Part shown: in pieces, positions 26,953 through 32,000 of the stretch
How positions within the stretch are numbered: position 1 is the stretch's first letter
Layout: each line of letters starts with the position of its first letter
Assembly: GCA_025340205.1 (NCBI GenBank)
Contig: CP006868.1
Coordinates: 120,001-152,000 of the forward strand
DNA from: Ignicoccus pacificus DSM 13166
Lineage (GTDB): Archaea; Thermoproteota; Thermoprotei_A; Sulfolobales; Ignicoccaceae
Reading direction: 5' to 3'
DNA length: 32,000 nucleotides
Program-made: the position numbers and the translations under genes
The notes under the pieces: generated by a model
Seen by the model: only the letters and a program-made list of their open reading frames with translations
The model's database searches: none
What the model was told of the DNA's origin: nothing

Positions 26953-27522
26953 ATGGCCTTAGCCGAGGCGGCTAGAAAGTTAGCTATAGCAAACTTGCTA
27001 TTGCTGTACTCATTCTTCCTAAGCCTATTCAACATAACAATAATACAAGTGATATCCACGGCCTTGGGTATCTACTCGATATATTTGCAATACAAGGGAT
27101 GGAGCGAGATGGAAAAAGTGAAGAAGGAGTACTCACCTGGCAGGCTGAGCGTAATAGAAACAGTCAAAGGTATGGTATTCTCTATAGCTTTGAGCAGTAT
27201 TGCCTTGATCTTGCTGAGAGTGGTTAGGACCGAGGGAGCGCTCTACCTAGCCCTAGCCCTCTCCACGGCATCCCTCTTAGTAGCTATATACTACAGCGTG
27301 AAGGCGATAATACACTATCTTAAGGCGTTGAGAGCTGTGGATAAAGACTATGGTACTAAACTCTTCGTGGGAGGGCTTCTGGCGGTCTTAGGGGCACCTC
27401 TGTTCTTGACTGCCTACATGCTAGGGATCAGGAGTTTGTTGGTGAGCTTACCAGCACTTATAGGCCTTTCGATGTTAGCGGTTCAGTTTTGGCAGCTGAG
27501 CTCCAAGGCGACTCAAAGCTAA
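26953..27522 (+). CDS. multi-pass membrane protein, unknown
   Basis: 189 aa, several hydrophobic segments; no confident family. Confidence 0.65.
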   Translation: MALAEAARKLAIANLLLLYSFFLSLFNITIIQVISTALGIYSIYLQYKGWSEMEKVKKEYSPGRLSVIETVKGMVFSIALSSIALILLRVVRTEGALYLALALSTASLLVAIYYSVKAIIHYLKALRAVDKDYGTKLFVGGLLAVLGAPLFLTAYMLGIRSLLVSLPALIGLSMLAVQFWQLSSKATQS

Positions 27523-27560
27523 TTTTTAAACTATTTGTGGTAATCGGATGGGTCCGAGAA

Positions 27561-28616
27561 GTGGTACGAAGGTTCTGTGTCAAGTGTGGCGCTCTGGAGA
27601 GTCCCGAGAACCCAATCGTGGGAGGACTATGCTTGAAGTGCTTGAAGGAGGAGAAGGACCTATTCGAGGTTAAGGGATCCCTACACTTGGTCGTGTGCCC
27701 AGTCTGCGGTTCCTACTTGGTAGGAAGCTCTTGGTATCCCGGAGCTGATGACGCCGAGGAGACTATCGCTTGGCTAGCTGAAAGGCTCGTGGAACAAGGG
27801 ATTAAGGCCAAGGAGCCTGCCGAGGAGGTCGAACTAGTATCGGTGAGGACAAGGAAGATGAGAGGAGGAAAGTACGTGGCAGAGGTCACGGCAAGGGTGT
27901 CGGTTAAGGGACATTGGATCGAACAGACGCAAATAATTCCTCTTAATGTTGAGAAAAGGGTTTGTGAGAAGTGCTTGAAGAAGAGTGGGGGCGACTACGA
28001 TGCCACGTTGCAGATAAGGTCGGAGAGGGGAACGGTGACGCAAGAGGAGCTTAGGGAGGCGGGCGAGTGGTTCTCTAAGGTCAACAACGGAGACGACATA
28101 GTGGATTTCGTGGAAAGAAGGGAAGGTCTGGACGTACTCTTAGCTTCCAAGGAGGTTGCAAAGAGGGCGGCACAGCTGATGAGATATAACATGGGAGCAA
28201 AGGTAGTAGAAAGTCATAGCGTGGTCGGAATGAGCAGAGACGGAAGGGTTAGGACGAGACTCACCTTGAGCGTTAGGATACCTTCGATAAAGGAAGGAGA
28301 GGGCTTCCTACTCGATAAGGAGCCAGCTATCTTGACCGGAATCTACAAGGGTAAGTTCCATTACTACTTGCTCCACAGCGATAAGAACGGATCTTTAGCC
28401 GTTGACGATTGGTGGTCTATGAGAAAGAGTAAGAGAATAGTTTACCTAAATGAAAAGAACTTGGACGTAGGGAGGATAGTAAGTCTTAACCCATTGAAGG
28501 TCGAAGTGGGATCGAGAGAGCTCGAGGCAGAAGGTCCAGTAGGTCTTCAGGAGGGTCAAGAGGTCTACGTGGTAATATACAAGGGCAAGGTATACGTTCT
28601 ACCGAAGACCCGGTGA
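27561..28616 (+). CDS. nmd3: NMD3-family protein (60S export factor homologue)
   Basis: RRFCVKCGALES...GGLCLKCLKE...VVCPVCGSY and VCEKCLKKSGGDYDATLQIR. ORF opens at 27489, but a TTTTTAAA box at 27523-27530 favours GTG 27561 (or 27537). Confidence 0.85.
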   Translation: MVRRFCVKCGALESPENPIVGGLCLKCLKEEKDLFEVKGSLHLVVCPVCGSYLVGSSWYPGADDAEETIAWLAERLVEQGIKAKEPAEEVELVSVRTRKMRGGKYVAEVTARVSVKGHWIEQTQIIPLNVEKRVCEKCLKKSGGDYDATLQIRSERGTVTQEELREAGEWFSKVNNGDDIVDFVERREGLDVLLASKEVAKRAAQLMRYNMGAKVVESHSVVGMSRDGRVRTRLTLSVRIPSIKEGEGFLLDKEPAILTGIYKGKFHYYLLHSDKNGSLAVDDWWSMRKSKRIVYLNEKNLDVGRIVSLNPLKVEVGSRELEAEGPVGLQEGQEVYVVIYKGKVYVLPKTR

Positions 28617-28634
28617 AGACGACCTCGGGCCTGA

Positions 28635-29882
28635 GTGGTGATGAGCGCGAACGGCCGGACGGAGGGAAATCCGATGATTTCGGACATATTACTAACCTTG
28701 GCAAGTGTTTACCACTTGCTTCAGACGAGCTACGCCATAGGAGCCCTTCTCTATACTGAGGGGGATGAGGATGAGGACTCCTCCCTCAGCGTTCATATTC
28801 CGGCATATAGAGAAGACGTTGTGATAGTAAAGAGAACAGTAGAAAATGTCAAAAATGTGTTAAACCCTAAAGAAATAATCGTAGTAACTGATCCCTACAG
28901 TTTCAAAATTTATAAGAACGAACTAAAGGGCGTAAAGCTCTTTACCGGTGCTGAGAAGGGTAAAGCTCATGCATTGAACGTAGCCTTAGAACATACTGAA
29001 GCTGAGAAGGTCTTGGTTCTAGACGCCGACTCCTTTCCCGATAAAGGATTCAAAATAGGGAAAGGAAAGTACCTAGCGACTCCTTGGAAGGGCTATTCCG
29101 CTGGTACCAGATGGTCTGAAGCTATTGCGAACTTAACTACCTTGGCTTCGATATTGCTTACGAAGGGAAGGAAGGCTCTTGGATTGACCGTACTGGCTCC
29201 CGGATCCGGGGTAGCAGCAGACGCCGAACTCCTAAAGGAGATGAGGTGGGACGAGAGCGTGAAGACAGAGGACTTGGAACTCGGAATAAGGATGCACAAT
29301 CTGGGAATTCGAGCTAACTTGAACAAGGGCTACGTCCTTGTCGAGGCTCCGCCGGGCTACTTCGAGTTGAAGAGGCAACAAAGGAGGTGGACCTACGGAG
29401 CTATACAAGTCTTGAAGAGAGTAAAGATAAAGAGACTAAGAGACTTAGAACTCTTCTTCTATTTAACTCAATACTCCTACACATGGCTTCCCCTCTTGGC
29501 CCTCCTCACCTCTCCCCTAGGCCTAAGCCCTCTTTCCCTACTCCTCTACTATGGCTCTGTAACGTTACAAGGGGTTCTGACCGCCTTAGTCCAGAGAAAG
29601 TATAAGGTGAGGATGAGCTTAGCTGATGCTTCCAGATCATCAGCGGCAGGACTAGCAATGTCGCTGTCTCTGTTGGAGGCCTCAATAAGAGGGTTGATGG
29701 GTCTTCCGTTGAAGTGGAAGGTGACTCCTAAAGGGGGGAAGAGGGAAGGAGGGAAGCTCCGAGAAGAGTACTTGCTCTTGTTCACGCCTATTTTCTCAAT
29801 AATAAATCCAATCTCATTACCCTTATCCTTACAATATTTAGCCTCTTCCCTCTACTTAATCAAAGAGATTAGAAGGGACTGA
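28635..29882 (+). CDS. family 2 glycosyltransferase, membrane associated
   Basis: HIPAYRED, VLVLDADSFPD, SVKTEDLELGIRM, RQQRRWTYGA (Q..RW) and C-terminal TM segments. Confidence 0.85.
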   Translation: MVMSANGRTEGNPMISDILLTLASVYHLLQTSYAIGALLYTEGDEDEDSSLSVHIPAYREDVVIVKRTVENVKNVLNPKEIIVVTDPYSFKIYKNELKGVKLFTGAEKGKAHALNVALEHTEAEKVLVLDADSFPDKGFKIGKGKYLATPWKGYSAGTRWSEAIANLTTLASILLTKGRKALGLTVLAPGSGVAADAELLKEMRWDESVKTEDLELGIRMHNLGIRANLNKGYVLVEAPPGYFELKRQQRRWTYGAIQVLKRVKIKRLRDLELFFYLTQYSYTWLPLLALLTSPLGLSPLSLLLYYGSVTLQGVLTALVQRKYKVRMSLADASRSSAAGLAMSLSLLEASIRGLMGLPLKWKVTPKGGKREGGKLREEYLLLFTPIFSIINPISLPLSLQYLASSLYLIKEIRRD

Positions 29883-30759
29883 CTTGTGTAACAGGACCAG
29901 AGGGAGTCTCTACTGGGAGTAACTTCTTCGCCTTTTCGATGGCGCTTACACAAGCAGGCCCCACTAAGCACTTTGTCTTGAGCACTTCCCCCTCCCTCTT
30001 GACGTATTGGATACCTACGTCACCGGGCTCTAACGCCTCCACGAATTCCATGATCTTTGGAGTCTTACCATTAGCTATGTCCTCTAAGACCTTTAACGCT
30101 TCTTCACCAATCACCTTAACTATGTTCTCCTTTCCGAGAGCCTCCGTCCTCAGCTTGAAGAGCTCGTGGGGCTTGCCATGTCCCTCGACGAGGAAGTAAA
30201 AGGTAGAGGCTAAGATGTACTTGTTTTCAGCCCCCAGCTCTGTTAACCAAGCCAATCTGTCAGAGTAGCGGAACCGGTCCTTTCCGAAGTCGTAGTTCTG
30301 AGCAGCTGCTAGGACCACGTTGAGTTGTTCAAAGCCGAGAAGCTTGTTGAGCCTCTCAAGGGTCTTTAAGCCGAGCTCTATTTGATAAGGCACCTCTACC
30401 TTCTCATAGATCTTGCCGAGCAATTCCTTAGTTTCTTCCAATGCCTCTTGGGTACTCATGTTCTCAAAGAGTATTAAGTAGGCGGGGTAAGCGAGTAAGC
30501 AGAAGTCTGGCTTGAAGCCGCATACGAGTATGCTAGGGCCGGCGCTTAGTAGCATTGCTACCATGTAAGCGCCTATGAAGTCAGGCTTAGTAGGCTCCAC
30601 GGGAGACACGAAGGTCTCATAGCCCTGGAATACTATGTCACTATACACGTCGGAGAAGTAATCATCTATTAGGATTATCCTCCTCTCCGGGTCCAGTAAG
30701 TAATCTATTCCGGGTCCTAGCAGTAGGATGTGTTTATTTCTTTCGACGAACTTGGGCAA
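29869..30759 (-). CDS. hypothetical protein (296 aa)
   Basis: Long complete ORF, ATG start; no family recognised. Confidence 0.6.
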   Translation of the reverse strand: MPKFVERNKHILLLGPGIDYLLDPERRIILIDDYFSDVYSDIVFQGYETFVSPVEPTKPDFIGAYMVAMLLSAGPSILVCGFKPDFCLLAYPAYLILFENMSTQEALEETKELLGKIYEKVEVPYQIELGLKTLERLNKLLGFEQLNVVLAAAQNYDFGKDRFRYSDRLAWLTELGAENKYILASTFYFLVEGHGKPHELFKLRTEALGKENIVKVIGEEALKVLEDIANGKTPKIMEFVEALEPGDVGIQYVKREGEVLKTKCLVGPACVSAIEKAKKLLPVETPSGPVTQVSPF

Positions 30760-30840
30760 ACCCTTCTCCCCGAGGACACACGGCTACCTCGTTTTGAGCC
30801 TTGAGTCCTTTGTTGGTCGATCAACGAACTACATTGAAGC

Positions 30841-30846
30841 ATATAT
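30841..30846 (+). promoter_or_regulatory. TATA box for the molybdoenzyme gene
   Basis: ATATAT core with start codon GTG about 36 nt downstream. Confidence 0.45.
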
Positions 30847-30879
30847 CTTGAAAAACTCCTAGCGTTAAATCACTCATGG

Positions 30880-32000
30880 GTGAAGTGTTTGCCCAGCACG
30901 ACCCGACGAAACCTTTTGAAGGCTATTGCCCTAGGAGCCGCTATGGCCACTGTTGGAAGAGCTATGAAGTCCCTAGGCCTTGCCAGCAAGTACCCCGAGC
31001 TAACTGAGTCCCTCGAATCCTTAGCCTCCATGCAAGCAACTAAGACCAAGTACGTAATGACCATTAAGCCCATAGGACCTTGTAGGTTCTGTGGAACCGG
31101 ATGTGGAGTTCAAGCTCAAGTACTCCTAGACCCCAAGACTGGTCTAGCCGTCAACATGTTCGCAATCCTAGGTATACCGGTTTACCCCGTCAACCACGGT
31201 GCGATGTGTACCAAGGCATTCTACATTGCTAAGGCTCTCGGTTACGCTGGCAACAAGAAGGCCTACGAGCTCAGGCTCAAGAAGCCTGCTGTCATCAAGG
31301 ACTGGATCATACCTGAGCTCGGTAGGCCTCCGATAAGGCCCGAGGAGATACCCCTAGCTCCTAGGGTGAGGGCTAGGCAAGTAAGCAAGAACTACGCTGC
31401 CACCCTCACCCAAGAGGAGCACTACAAGAAGAACATGGTCGAGATTGATTGGGACACTGCCGTCAAGTTCTTCACCACCATGTTTAAGTACGCTGTCCAG
31501 AAGTATGGTCCTCACTCCTTCGCTTACTATGGAAGCGGACAGCTCGGTACTGAGGAGAGCTACGTAATCAACAAGCTGACCAAGGCCGGTATACACACCA
31601 ACAACCTAGACGGTAACCCAAGAATGTGTATGGTCTCTGCCGTCGGAGGTTACATCACCGGCTTCGGTGCCGACGAGCCCGAGACCAGCTACGACCACAT
31701 AGACATCCCCGAGCCCACCACTAAGGTTCACGCCGACACCTTCCTACTGATCGGTACCAACACCGCTGAGGCTCACCCGATCGTCTTCGGTAGGATAGCT
31801 AAGGTGAAGGAGTCCAACAAGAACGTGAAGGTAATCCTAGCTGACCCCAGGAAGACCAGGAGCGGAGCCATCGCCGACCTATGGCTACCTCTAAGGTGGT
31901 CCATGGACGTAGCCTTCATGAACACGCTAGCTTACATCCTAGTCCACGAGCTAGCTAAATGTAAGGCCGACCCCGCTACTGGAAAGGTCGAGTGTGAGAA
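30880..32000 (+). CDS. napA: Tat-exported molybdopterin oxidoreductase, NapA-type periplasmic nitrate reductase-like, 3'-truncated (not in ORF track)
   Basis: GTG start; Tat signal STTRRNLLKAIALGAA; CRFCGTGC [4Fe-4S] motif; YYGSGQLGTEESYVINKLTKAGI, NPRMCMVSAVGG with Cys at the Mo-ligand position. Confidence 0.75.
   Translation, partial: MKCLPSTTRRNLLKAIALGAAMATVGRAMKSLGLASKYPELTESLESLASMQATKTKYVMTIKPIGPCRFCGTGCGVQAQVLLDPKTGLAVNMFAILGIPVYPVNHGAMCTKAFYIAKALGYAGNKKAYELRLKKPAVIKDWIIPELGRPPIRPEEIPLAPRVRARQVSKNYAATLTQEEHYKKNMVEIDWDTAVKFFTTMFKYAVQKYGPHSFAYYGSGQLGTEESYVINKLTKAGIHTNNLDGNPRMCMVSAVGGYITGFGADEPETSYDHIDIPEPTTKVHADTFLLIGTNTAEAHPIVFGRIAKVKESNKNVKVILADPRKTRSGAIADLWLPLRWSMDVAFMNTLAYILVHELAKCKADPATGKVECE

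Noticed and set aside
1-32000. Search for CRISPR arrays, transposases, integrases or att-like duplication at the tRNAs
   Set aside because: No spaced direct repeats, no IS/integrase ORFs, and no obvious repeat of the tRNA 3' ends were seen by eye.

Overview
Dense, gene-packed archaeal chromosome window. Protein families, leaderless-type TATA promoters, TTG/GTG starts and a BHB-type tRNA intron point to a hyperthermophilic crenarchaeon; a Desulfurococcales/Ignicoccus-like source is my inference and was not checked. No CRISPR array, transposon or provirus was seen. Housekeeping content, in order: 5'-truncated GPN-loop GTPase, coiled-coil protein, DUF373 membrane protein, homoserine kinase, TrpE, ribosomal protein uL15, PAPS-reductase-like PP-loop protein, DUF72 protein, isopentenyl phosphate kinase, PriS, PCNA, MoxR ATPase, LysX/RimK-type ATP-grasp, MoaD/SAMP-like protein, phosphopantoate-beta-alanine ligase, proteasome alpha, PAP2, HD hydrolase, A-type ATPase subunit A, 5-FTHF cyclo-ligase-like protein, METTL5-like methyltransferase, MTAP, oligopeptide ABC ATPase, DUF123/GIY-YIG, NMD3, GT2, and a 3'-truncated Tat-exported NapA-like molybdoenzyme. 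There are tRNA-Gly(CCC) and intron-containing tRNA-Val(UAC) genes on the minus strand. The least explained areas are: (i) 14.7-17.5 kb, with an orphan 174-aa protein, an untracked 50-aa mini-protein with mirror-symmetric CX6CX3C-X11-CX3CX6C cysteines, and a pair of secreted or anchored proteins with near-identical signal-peptide ends; (ii) 18.9-20.6 kb, with a zinc-ribbon microprotein, a HicB-like/UPF0150 protein, a peptide-modifying-type radical SAM/SPASM enzyme and a stand-alone encapsulated-ferritin-like protein; (iii) a second Thr-rich tail-anchored mini-protein at 5.2 kb.
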